A stretch of DNA of 64,000 bases from Sphingobacteriales bacterium JAD_PAG50586_3 (GTDB lineage Bacteria; Bacteroidota; Bacteroidia; CAMBQF01), in NCBI GenBank assembly GCA_023213195.1, contig CP096135.1, forward strand, positions 404,923 to 468,922, read 5' to 3'. The number at the start of each line of letters is the position of its first letter. Within the stretch, counting starts at the first letter, position 1. This document shows, in pieces, positions 11,798 to 21,270 of this stretch. The translations under genes were made by a program, and so were the position numbers. Below the pieces are notes generated by a model that did no database searches, had not been told where the DNA came from, and saw only the letters and a list, made by a program, of their open reading frames with translations.

Positions 11798-11889
11798 GTA
11801 CCCCCTCTCCCTCCTCGCTTAAAGCGAAGTCGGGTTTCTCCCCCTACTTGTAGGGGGAGATGTTGAACGAAGTGAAACAGAGGGGGTAC
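11798..11889. repeat. Nested palindromic element (family A)
   Basis: Outer stem GTACCCCCTCT/AGAGGGGGTAC encloses CGCTTAAAGCG and CTCCCCCTA-CTTG-TAGGGGGAG hairpins. Confidence 0.8.
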
Positions 11890-11892
11890 AAC

Positions 11893-13143
11893 TTACTCAT
11901 ACCTCAACGCCTCTATAGGGTCAAGTTTAGATGCTTTTATGGCAGGGTATAAACCCGATACTACGGCTACTATAAAGCAGAGTATAACGCCTAAGGTAAT
12001 CCACCCCAAGGCACAATAAAGCCGGTACCTAAAAACATAGCGGTAACGTTACCTATTACAATACCAAACAAAATGCCTACAAAACCACCAATTTGGCCAA
12101 TTACAATAGCTTCTACCAAAAACTGGTTGCGTATAGTGGCTGCTTGCGCGCCAATGGCTTTGCGCACACCAATTTCGCGGGTGCGCTCTGTTACCGATAC
12201 CAGCATAATATTCATAAGCCCTATAGCGGCGCCCAACAGCGTAATAATAGCAATAACGGTGGCGGCAAGTGTTGCATACTGCATATTATCAATAAGCATG
12301 CTGGTCAGGTTATCGCTTTTGGTAATGGTAAAGTTATCTTCTTCGCCAAAGGGTACACGGCGTATTTTGCGCATAAGCCCGGTAGCCTCGGCAATAGCAG
12401 GGTCCATACTTTCTGCGCCCTTGCACATAACACTAAGCGCAAACGACATACGTCCGTTGGTGTTGTAGTACATACGTGCGTTGGTTACGGGTATAATACC
12501 AATTTTATCGCCCCCAAAAGAAAAGCTGGTGCCTTTGGCTTTAAGCACACCTATAACGCGGTATTTAAGCCCGCCAACGGTAATAAACTTATCCAGCGGG
12601 TTTACTCTTTTATCGAATAGGTTTGTTACTGTTTCGCTACCCAAAATAATAACAGGAATACCGTATTCTATTTCCTGTGGAGAAAAATTGCGGCCCTGCA
12701 CAATCTCGTGCCCGGCGGTTTGCACATAGTTATCATCTCCACCCCAAATAAGTATGTTAGGGTTAGTTTTTTTAGATTCGTATTTAAGCACCCCTATTTG
12801 TGTACCAATGCACGATACAGAAACTGTTGCCGGAAAGGAGTATTCGTTTTTAAAACGGGTGGCCTTAGTCGTAGGTAACGGTATCAAAACGCTTTTGTTT
12901 TTGGCGTTTGGCCCCTATATTTATATTGCCGGAGCGGTTACGTATGGTAAACGTATTGGCCCCCATACTGGCAAAGTTATCGTTAATGCTGTTTTTAATA
13001 GCATCTACCGATGTTAAAATGCCCACCATAGCCATAATACCAAAAGCTATAATAAGCACAGTAATAACGGTGCGCAGCATTTGCCCGCGTATAGAACTAA
13101 GGGCTATTTTTATATTCTCTTTTACTACTGATGTTGCTGCCAT
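11893..13143 (-). CDS. ABC transporter permease (MacB/FtsX family), frameshifts near 12866 and 12003
   Basis: [38 protein letters not shown]; corrected C-terminus ...[21 protein letters not shown]. Confidence 0.9.
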
Positions 13144-13264
13144 ACCGCAAAGGTATAATGTTATTGTTTAATACAGTTAGTATTAAAACCTCTCTTAAAT
13201 TTACGTTTGTGAACGATTTTTATTGTATCTGCTGTATTTTAGCACCCTTGTTTATAAAATAACC

Positions 13265-14546
13265 ATGAAAATACTATTACTGGGTTCGGGCGGACGTGAG
13301 CACGCATTTGCATATAAACTTACGGAAAGCCCAAGCGCTTACCAAGCTTTTTATAGCTCCCGGCAACGCCGGTACAGGGCAACTGGGCGAGAATGTTGAC
13401 CTTGCCGTTACCGATTTTGAGGGCATAAAAAACTTTTGCATCAATAACCAGATAGAAATGGTAATTGTAGGCCCTGAAGAGCCTTTGGTTAAGGGCATTG
13501 CCGATTTTTTCAGGTCGGACGGCGCGTTGCAAAACATACCCGTTATAGGTCCGCGCCAAAAAGGTGCTATGCTGGAAGGCAGTAAAGATTTTGCCAAAGA
13601 CTTTATGTACCGCCACGGTATACCTACCGCCGCATACCGCAGCTTTGATAAAGAAACCCTGGAAGAAGGCTTTAGTTTTATTGATAGCCTTATGCCACCC
13701 TACGTGCTTAAAGCCGATGGACTGGCGGCAGGCAAGGGTGTGGTAATACTTGAAAACTCTGGCGAAGCTAAGGCCGAGCTTACCCAAATGCTGATGGACG
13801 AAAAGTTTGGCGCTGCCAGCCGCAAGGTGGTTATTGAGCAATTTTTGCCCGGCATAGAGCTTTCTGTATTTGTGGTTACCGATGGGGCCAACTATAAGCT
13901 GCTACCATCGGCCAAAGATTATAAGCGCATTTTTGAGGGCGACAAAGGCCCTAATACCGGGGGTATGGGTGCGGTATCGCCGGTGCCGTTTGCCAATGCC
14001 GATTTTATGGCTAAGGTGGAAGAAACCATTGTTAAGCCTACCGTTACCGGCCTGCAAGCCGATGGCATTACCTACAAAGGCTTTATTTTTATAGGCCTGA
14101 TGAATGTGGGTGGCGAGCCGTTTGTTATTGAATACAACTGCCGCATGGGCGACCCGGAGACCGAAGTGGTGCTGCCGCGCATTAAAAGCGACATTATAGA
14201 CCTGCTGGAGGGTGTTGCCCATAGCAGCCTTGATAAGGTGTACCTGGAGATTGATGAGCGCGCTGCGGCCACTGTAATGGTGGTATCGGGCGGGTACCCC
14301 GATGAGTATGAGAAGGGCAAAATAATTACCGGGCTTGATGATGTAGATAACAAGACCACCGCTTACCAGACCGGCACAAAGCTTGATGAGCATGGTAACA
14401 TTGTTACCAACGGGGGCCGTGTTATCGCCTTTACATCGCTAGCCAGCGACCTTGAAACCGCCCTGCGCCGCAGCTACCGTAATGTTGACAGGGTAGATTT
14501 TGATGGAAAGTTCTATCGTAAAGACATCGGAAGGGATGTCTTGTAA
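13265..14546 (+). CDS. purD: Phosphoribosylamine--glycine ligase, frameshift near 13331
   Basis: True start MKILLLGSGGREHA at 13265; VGPE, LEGSKDFAK, KADGLAAGKGV, GPNTGGMG, GDPE, TNGGRV. Confidence 0.97.
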
Positions 14547-14547
14547 A

Positions 14548-14575
14548 TGAAAAACGAAAAATGATAAATGAAAAA
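14548..14575 (+). repeat. Left heptamer arm of four-helix-bundle cassette
   Basis: TGAAAAA CGAAAAA TGATAAA TGAAAAA right after the purD stop. Confidence 0.75.
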
Positions 14576-14586
14576 TATCTAAACCT

Positions 14587-14958
14587 ATGAAAGATTACAG
14601 CGGCGACAATAAGCGTGTGCTGCAAACCAAATCATATTCGTTTGCCTTAAGAACTATCAAATTATATAACTATTTAAAGGAAACCAAAGCTGAATATGCA
14701 TTAAGCAGGCAATTGCTACGTTCAGGAACAGCAATAGGAGCTTTAGTTAGTGAATCTGAATTTGCTCAATCCAAAGCTGACTTTGCCAATAAATTAAGTG
14801 TATCATTAAAAGAAGCTAACGAAACACGCTACTGGCTGAGGTTAATGAAGGACAGTAAATTTATATCGGAAGAAGAATTTAGCAGTATAAACCCTGATAT
14901 TGAAGAAATAATAAAGCTTTTAGTCGCCAGTATTAAAACAGCCAAGAGAACCGATTGA
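14587..14958 (+). CDS. Four helix bundle protein (TIGR02436 / 23S rRNA IVS-protein / bAvd-like family)
   Basis: KSYSFALR, LSRQLLRSGTAIGA, EFAQSKADF, KEANETRYWL. Confidence 0.9.
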   Translation: MKDYSGDNKRVLQTKSYSFALRTIKLYNYLKETKAEYALSRQLLRSGTAIGALVSESEFAQSKADFANKLSVSLKEANETRYWLRLMKDSKFISEEEFSSINPDIEEIIKLLVASIKTAKRTD

Positions 14959-14986
14959 TTTTTCGTTTCTCATTTTTAATTTTTCA
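14959..14986 (-). repeat. Right heptamer arm (inverted relative to the left arm)
   Basis: Reverse complement reads TGAAAAA TTAAAAA TGAGAAA CGAAAAA. Confidence 0.75.
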
Positions 14987-15013
14987 TTAAAATAATTGCC
15001 TGACGGCAATTAT

Positions 15014-15190
15014 TTAGTACTGGTGGTTTTTCTCCTCCTCTTGGTGCTTAAACATTTGCTTAATCCACCATACCATAAAAACAAAGCCAACAGCCATCAT
15101 AAAAAAGTTAAACCAGTTGTTCAAAAAAGGGAACAATTGGAACGACCACTCAAGAAAACTGCCTAATGCCAGAATAAATTTAGTCCACAT
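15014..15190 (-). CDS. 58-aa membrane protein missed by the ORF track (possibly DUF6341-like)
   Basis: Manual translation MWTKFILALGSFLEWSFQLFPFLNNWFNFFMMAVGFVFMVWWIKQMFKHQEEEKNHQY*; family label from memory. Confidence 0.65.
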   Translation of the reverse strand: MWTKFILALGSFLEWSFQLFPFLNNWFNFFMMAVGFVFMVWWIKQMFKHQEEEKNHQY

Positions 15191-15273
15191 AATACAAAGT
15201 GTTATGCCGCAAAAGTAAAAATAATTTCTTTACTAACGGCGCTATAATTAAGTTTGCAGCTAAATTTAGCAGC

Positions 15274-16248
15274 TTGATATCTCTTTTCCGCTCAAAAAAC
15301 CTTTTATGTATCATACTGGTGCCCTTGGCAGCAGTGCTGCTTTGGCTTACTCCGCTGCTTAGTCCGCCCATGGCCGATGTGCAATTTTCTATGCCCCTCT
15401 TCACCAAAATTTTTGATGCCCTGCGCTTTAACTGGGAGGTAAAAATTGTTTTAGCCGTGCTTTTAGTGCTGGCAATGGGCTTTTTGCTAAACTACATTGC
15501 TACCGAGAATGAGCTTACGGCCAACAACTACCTGTCGGCCTTTATGTTTGTGGTGCTCTGCTCATCCAGCATCAGCATACAAAAGCTAAATGCCGAACTT
15601 TTTGCCAACTTGTTTTTAATGCTGGCCCTGTGGCGCATCTTCAACATGTATAAAACCGAAGGCTCTATAAGGCCGCCGTTTGATGCCGGTTTGCTTATTT
15701 CCATAGCCTCTTTCTTCTACTTCCCCGCGGTGGGCATGCTAATTATGCTGTACATAGCCATAGCCATGCTAAGGCCTTTCCATTGGCGCGATTTTGCTGT
15801 GGCAACCCTGGGCCTTATACTACCCTACCTGTACCTATCGGTATACTATTTTTGGTTCGATAAGCTGGATTATTTTTGGAACCACTACATAGCCGAGCCA
15901 TTCCTAATACGCAACCTAAACTTTAACCCCAACTTTACCGATTATTGGCTGGTGGGCATTATAGCCCTGCTGGTGCTGGTATCGTTGTTCGACAATTTTA
16001 CCAATCCCACCCTAAACCGCAGCATACGCCGCCGCAAGTACCTAAACGTAATGGTGGTATACCTTATGGTATCATTCGCCTGCTTTGTGCTAACGCCCGA
16101 TTGGTCGCCCATGCATTTTGTTATATCGGCACTGCCCCTGTCTATCTTCTTTTCCAACTTTTTACTCTCGTTCAAATTCAACTACTTCCCCGAAGCCATC
16201 CTTTGGATGCTGCTAATAGTTATTGCCGCCAACCAGTTTGGGTTGTAA
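15274..16248 (+). CDS. Bacteroidota membrane protein (DUF6427-like)
   Basis: Multi-TM protein; TTG 15274 preferred because TAAGTTTG (-7 element, 15249-15256) lies inside the longer ORF-track frame. Confidence 0.6.
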   Translation: MISLFRSKNLLCIILVPLAAVLLWLTPLLSPPMADVQFSMPLFTKIFDALRFNWEVKIVLAVLLVLAMGFLLNYIATENELTANNYLSAFMFVVLCSSSISIQKLNAELFANLFLMLALWRIFNMYKTEGSIRPPFDAGLLISIASFFYFPAVGMLIMLYIAIAMLRPFHWRDFAVATLGLILPYLYLSVYYFWFDKLDYFWNHYIAEPFLIRNLNFNPNFTDYWLVGIIALLVLVSLFDNFTNPTLNRSIRRRKYLNVMVVYLMVSFACFVLTPDWSPMHFVISALPLSIFFSNFLLSFKFNYFPEAILWMLLIVIAANQFGL

Positions 16249-16269
16249 AGGGCACATGGCGCTACGCGC

Positions 16270-16860
16270 CACCGGGCTGTACTTTATTTGTGCGTTGCAC
16301 GTCATCCTGAACTTGATTCAGGACCTGTGCTGGCTGCGCCTGAAACCCTTGCGGCTGTAAATAAAAGAGCACGTTTTGAACCTCCGTTTTTAGGTCCCTC
16401 TCATTGAGAGCCTGTGCTGACATTAATCGTCAGTAGGTGGATGTCGCCAAAGGCGACAGACGGGAGAGGTTTTGCCCTTTCAAACTCCCCATCGCTGTAA
16501 ATAAAAGAACGCGTTTTGAACCTTTAATTTTATCTAATTTGTATTTTCCATATTCTGTCAAGTAGTTTACCCGTTTGTAAGCCTTGTGGCTGTAAAAAGG
16601 GATGCCTTTGGCATAAATAAATTTAACAAAATGTTGAGCTTGCGAAATCCCGACATTTATCGTCGGGAAACATTCATTTATAGGATTTTTAACTGGCATA
16701 GTTTAGTTGATTAAGCTCGTAGATTTTTCACCTTTCGTTTTTCATTTTTAGTTTGGCCGAAGGCCTCGCTGTTGTAGTAAAATTTTGTGTTTTTGCAGGA
16801 GATTTTTCGTTTTTCATTGTTAGTTTTTAGGCATGTCCCAACATTTATCGTTGGGGTTAT
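16270..16860 (-). repeat. Palindrome-cassette array 1
   Basis: GCTGTA-type motif at 16276, 16354, 16494, 16589, 16768 separating different hairpins; 30-bp duplicate 16354-16383 / 16494-16523 (28/30 identical). Confidence 0.7.
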
Positions 16861-16862
16861 TA

Positions 16863-16894
16863 CAAAGATACAACCCCGCCTACCCCTTTGTCAA
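16863..16894 (-). promoter_or_regulatory. Orphan promoter pointing into array 1
   Basis: Minus strand TTGACAAA-GGGGTAGGCGGG-GTTGTATCTTTGT. Confidence 0.7.
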
Positions 16895-16917
16895 CTATTG
16901 TTAATATTAAACCCTCC

Positions 16918-17023
16918 GTGGTAGGTGTTTAGCTCCCGATGTTTCGGGGGCGTCACCTACCACTTTTATTCATCGCTATTTTTCACGCCGTGGTCGGTGT
17001 TAAAGTGCAACGCCACCGACCAC
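16918..17023 (-). repeat. Two GTGG-type REP hairpins left of the RAYT
   Basis: GTGGTAGGTG...CACCTACCAC (16918-16963) and GTGGTCGGTG...CACCGACCAC (16990-17023). Confidence 0.85.
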
Positions 17024-17043
17024 TAAATTTTCCGCACTCTTCC

Positions 17044-17622
17044 CTAACTAAAATACATATTGGTTAAAAAAGACCAGTACTCATCATTCAAATTGTAAAA
17101 CGCAGCCGAACTATATTTATAATCCTCTGCTGTGTCAGCTAATTGCCATTTTTCCTGTAAAGGGTTGCGGTGTATATATTGTAGCTTTTGAGTAAACATC
17201 GGCATAGTCAATATTTCAACTGATAATGGTCTTCGCTCCCATAGCTGATATTTACGGTCTACCGCTTCAACCAAAAAGCGCTCATCTAATAAAGCTGGGT
17301 TAGTTTTTTCTAAATCACGTTTAATTTGTTGCGATGTATATTTTAAAAAGTCGCGCTGAACGGCTGACTTAGTATCAACTTCATTCATGCTCCAAATAAT
17401 GTGAATGTGGTTGGGCATTATAACAAATCCGTATACTGTTACCCGATCTTGATTGGTAAGATATATAAGGCTATATATAATGATTTCTTTGTACCTGTTT
17501 TCTTCTAAAACAGGAAACCAATTTAATATAGTCGCAGTAAAGAAATAGGGCGGGTTATGTATGTTAAATGTAGCAAGCACAAAGCAAATATAATACAGTC
17601 GGCTTTTATTGGCAGACAGCAA
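17044..17622 (-). mobile_element. REP-associated tyrosine transposase (RAYT, HUH Y1); true start may be GTG 17580
   Basis: YFFTAT, YGFVIMPNHIH (HUH), QKLQYIHRNP (catalytic Tyr), YKYSSA; flanked by REP hairpins. Confidence 0.9.
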
Positions 17623-17644
17623 CGTTCTTGGTCTCGGCTTTTAA

Positions 17645-17677
17645 GTGGCAGGTGACGTTGCACTAAACACCTGCCAC
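17645..17677 (+). repeat. GTGG-type REP right of the RAYT
   Basis: GTGGCAGGTG-ACGTTGCACTAAA-CACCTGCCAC. Confidence 0.85.
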
Positions 17678-18015
17678 GGCGTGAAAACGCAGGGCCCGGA
17701 GGAAGTGATGCTGTTTTATCTGAAATTGAAATTACGGCGCCTGTTGGTATTAAAGAATTGCTTATAATAGATAGTGGATTATTATTGTTTCCCAACCCTG
17801 CCAATACAACTATTTCAGTTGTATTGGAAAATACAGTATTAAATCCTACCTTGAAAATCACTAACATTTTAGGCCAAGTTGTATATAACCAAACTTTAGA
17901 AGGAATGCAAAAAGCATTTGGTAAAATAAATATTAGTAACTTAGACAATGGAGTTTATGTTATATCGATTAGTAACGATAAATATAGAAGTGTTTCAAAG
18001 TTTGTAAAACAATGA
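17656..18015 (+). pseudogene. 5'-truncated T9SS substrate (linker + type A CTD only)
   Basis: Frame open from the REP to ...TAPVGIKE...LFPNP...LDNGVYVI...KFVKQ*; no signal peptide or ATG. Confidence 0.65.
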
Positions 18016-19447
18016 AATTAAATATTCTAATAATCCTTTTATTGATAGTTAAAATTAACTCAGCACAGCCCATGCCCGATAGTCTGGGGCATGGGTTAAA
18101 TATGCAGGTTTCTTGTATTTATTCCGATACTGCAAATGATATAATGATAGTTGCTGGAAGTTTTACAACTGCAGACAGCAGAATAGCTGTTGGTTTTGCC
18201 AAATATAATGGCACTGTATGGGATACTACAATGTGTGGCTTCACACAAGACTGTAATTCTACTTCACCCTTTTGGGGGCAATTCACTAATGTAATAACCC
18301 CTTATAATGGGCAATTATATTTTGGCGGTGTATTTGATTGGGCAGGCGGAATACACACCGGAGGCATCGCCATGTTAGATGGCGACACCTTAAAGGCGGT
18401 AGGGGGTATTGTAATGGAAACGTCACACAACTTATAGAATACAATGGGGATTTAATTGCTGCCGGACATTTTGATACTATAGGAGGGCAAAATATAAAAC
18501 AACTTGCCCGCTGGGATGGTCAGCAATGGCATCCTTTTTATCAACCCTATATTGATACCTGTAACACTACTGTTTTTATGCCAACTGATATGGCAGTATA
18601 TAATGGAGAACTTTATATATCTGGCGGATGGATGGATTGTTATCCTGGTTTAGGTTCTTTAGTAAAATGGAACGGTAGCCAGTGGAGTGTTATACCCGGG
18701 TTCAATCTGCAAGCTCAAATAGGTGTTACCGATATCGAAGTCTATCAGGATAAATTAATTATAGCAGGCCGCTTTCATAAGCCTGGGGGCTATGAAGGGA
18801 ACTGCATTATGGCTTGGGACGGACAACAGTTCTACGACATGGAAAATGGCATTACCGCCCTTTCTACCCCTCAACAATATTATTGGGGTGGCACTAACGA
18901 TATGATGATTGTCAATGATAATTTGTTTATTGTTGGTGAGTTCATTGAAGTTGGGGGCTCTCCTATTTCGCGTGTCTCTTGGTGGGACGGAAATCATTGG
19001 TGCGGCTTTACTTGGGACTATTCTCAATACATTCCTACCGCCATAGGACACATAAACAATGATATATACATAGGCTCTGGAGCCTATAGATTTATAAATG
19101 GTATTGATTATAATTATATCATCAAACTACCATCCCTAGACAGTGCTAATATTTGTAGCGATGGCACATTGGCATCGGTTTCAACCCAACCATTCAACAA
19201 CCCAATCAAAATCTACCCCAACCCCGTTACTGATAACCTTACCCTGGAGTATAATTTAGATAAGGCAAGCAATTTCAAATTCGCGTTGTACGATGTGCTA
19301 GGCAATATAATTTATCAGGAAGAAAAGCCTAATGCCTATGGCTATTACTATTATTCAATTCCTACCCTAAACCTTGCCAACGGCCTATACATAGCCCGCA
19401 TAGAGCTTAACGGCAACAGCATGGTTAAGAAGATAATCAAACAATAA
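18012..19447 (+). CDS. T9SS type A substrate with beta-propeller-like repeats, frameshift near 18415
   Basis: Signal peptide, repeated (A/V)xW(D/N)G..W motifs, CTD IYPNP...LANGLY; AT-rich. Confidence 0.8.
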
Positions 19448-19477
19448 AAAAGGGCAAACCTTTCGGCTTACCCTTTT
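19446..19477. terminator. Bidirectional intrinsic terminator
   Basis: AAAAGGGCAAACC-TTTC-GGCTTACCCTTTT between convergent genes. Confidence 0.7.
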
Positions 19478-19499
19478 CAAATATCTTAACTAAAACCGG

Positions 19500-21053
19500 T
19501 TACAGTTTAATTTCTTCGTCGTGGCTGTTGGTAAAGGTATACTGCAGCATGTGGTATGCAGGCAGGGGCTTTACAGGTATCCACTTTTTGTATTTAAAAA
19601 ACCATTTCCACTGTAGCGATTTAAACAAGCCTTTGGTAAGGAAGGCATGCACATAGGGGTGTACAAACAGCTTTAGCTTAGCCTCGTTTTGGTCTACCAG
19701 CAAATAGCGCAGGTTGTTCTCAATTTCGTCTACCGCTAAAATTGGGGGTTGTATTTGGCCCGTACCATCGCAGGTGGGGCATTTCTCGTACGTGTCAATG
19801 TTCGTTTCGGGGCGCACACGCTGGCGTGTAACTTGCACCAAACCAAATTTGCTTGGTGGTAGTATGTTATGCTTTGCACGGTCAACATCCATCTCGTTAC
19901 GCAAACGGTCGAATAACTGCTTGCGGTTGGCGGGGTTGTGCATATCAATAAAGTCTATAACAATAATGCCACCCATATCGCGCAGGCGCAACTGGCGGGC
20001 AATTTCGGTAGCCGCTTCCAAGTTACAAAGCAGGGCGTTATTCTCTTGGTCGCCCTCTATGGTTTTGCGGTGGCCGCTGTTTACGTCTATAACGTGCAGC
20101 GCCTCTGTATGCTCAATAATTAGGTAGCCGCCGCTGCGCAGGTTTACCGTTTTACCAAACAGGGCTTTTATTTGCTTGTTTACAGAGAAATGGTCGAAAA
20201 TGGGGACCTTATTTTTGTAAAGCTTAACAATGTCTTTTTTATCTGGCGATATGGTGGTAATGTACTGGCGCACATCGTTATAAATCTTATCGCTGCCCGT
20301 GTTTACGCTGTTAAAATCGGCATTAAGCATATCGCGCAAAATAACCTGCGTACGGTCTATCTCGCCCAGCACACAACGCGGTGGTTTGCCGGTTTTAAAC
20401 ACATCGTGGCACTCTTTCCAGCGGCTAACAAGGTCGTTAAGGTCGGCCTCTACATCTTCTACCTTTTTACCCTCGGCAACGGTGCGTATTATCACACCAA
20501 AGTTTTTGGGTTTTAGGGCAGCTATCAGCTTTTTAAGGCGGTCTTTTTCTTCAGGGTCTTTTATTTTTTGCGATACCGATATTTTATCAGAAAACGGCAC
20601 CAACACCAAATAGCGGCCCGCCATAGATATTTCTGTGGTAATGCGGGGTCCTTTAGACGATATAGGTTCTTTAGCTATCTGCACCAAAACATGGTCGTTG
20701 GTGCGCAGTTGCTCGGTAATTTTGCCGTCTTTTTTAATTTCGGGCTCGGTAATAAAATCGTACAGCATGCCGCTGGTTTGCTTGCCCTGTATGCTGTTTT
20801 TTACGTATTTGTTGAGCGATGAAAACTGTGGACCTAAATCCAGATAGTGTAAAAATGCGTCTTTCTCGTACCCAACATCAACAAAGGCGGCATTTAAACC
20901 GGGCATAATCTTTTTAACCCTGCCCAGGTACAAATCGCCCACAGAAAAACTTTTGTTGCTCTTTTCGCGGGTAATTTCTACCAGCTTTTTGTCTTCGAGC
21001 AGGGCAATAGTTATCTCACTATCATCAGCATCTATTACTAATTCTTTATTCAC
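19500..21053 (-). CDS. rng: Rne/Rng family ribonuclease
   Basis: GLNAAFVDVG, KEPISSKGPR, VIDVNSG, LRDMGGIIVIDFID, CPTCDGTG. Confidence 0.93.
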   Translation of the reverse strand: MNKELVIDADDSEITIALLEDKKLVEITREKSNKSFSVGDLYLGRVKKIMPGLNAAFVDVGYEKDAFLHYLDLGPQFSSLNKYVKNSIQGKQTSGMLYDFITEPEIKKDGKITEQLRTNDHVLVQIAKEPISSKGPRITTEISMAGRYLVLVPFSDKISVSQKIKDPEEKDRLKKLIAALKPKNFGVIIRTVAEGKKVEDVEADLNDLVSRWKECHDVFKTGKPPRCVLGEIDRTQVILRDMLNADFNSVNTGSDKIYNDVRQYITTISPDKKDIVKLYKNKVPIFDHFSVNKQIKALFGKTVNLRSGGYLIIEHTEALHVIDVNSGHRKTIEGDQENNALLCNLEAATEIARQLRLRDMGGIIVIDFIDMHNPANRKQLFDRLRNEMDVDRAKHNILPPSKFGLVQVTRQRVRPETNIDTYEKCPTCDGTGQIQPPILAVDEIENNLRYLLVDQNEAKLKLFVHPYVHAFLTKGLFKSLQWKWFFKYKKWIPVKPLPAYHMLQYTFTNSHDEEIKL

Positions 21054-21174
21054 GCGTAGGGTTGTAAATTAAACCAAATACAATATTCCCGCAGCCTTGC
21101 GGCCCGGGAATATTGTAAATATTTAAGCGTTGTAGTAAGCTAGGGCAAGAGTTGCCTTAGCCGGCAGAAAACGC

Positions 21175-21267
21175 CTACTTTTTCTTTTTATGCCTGTTTT
21201 TTCTCAAACGCTTTTTGCGCTTGTGGGTGGCCATTTTATGACGTTTTCTCTTTTTTCCGCTTGGCAT
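21175..21267 (-). CDS. 30-aa basic protein, AURKAIP1/COX24-domain (ribosomal protein bS22-like), missed by the ORF track
   Basis: Manual translation MPSGKKRKRHKMATHKRKKRLRKNRHKKKK*; starts 3 nt after the TPR gene stop. Confidence 0.85.
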   Translation of the reverse strand: MPSGKKRKRHKMATHKRKKRLRKNRHKKKK

Positions 21268-21270
21268 AAC

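Noticed and set aside
14587-14958. Diversity-generating retroelement (Avd-like gene; near-identical adaptor copies as template and variable repeats)
   Set aside because: No reverse transcriptase in the window, and differences between the adaptor copies are scattered, mostly silent and not adenine-specific.
14548-14986. 23S rRNA intervening sequence
   Set aside because: The flanks are purD and a small CDS; no rRNA sequence is present.
15199-15273. ORF-track upstream extensions (also 4793, 9441, 13296, 32092, 38334, 48371, 51446, 56869, 60720, 63376)
   Set aside because: Signal peptides, promoter positions or family alignments point to other starts, as used in the feature list.
16430-16699. 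89-aa ORF inside array 1 (also 34408-34914 ORFs and 40131-40340)
   Set aside because: Built largely from repeat sequence with no recognisable domain; not called as genes, though translation cannot be excluded.
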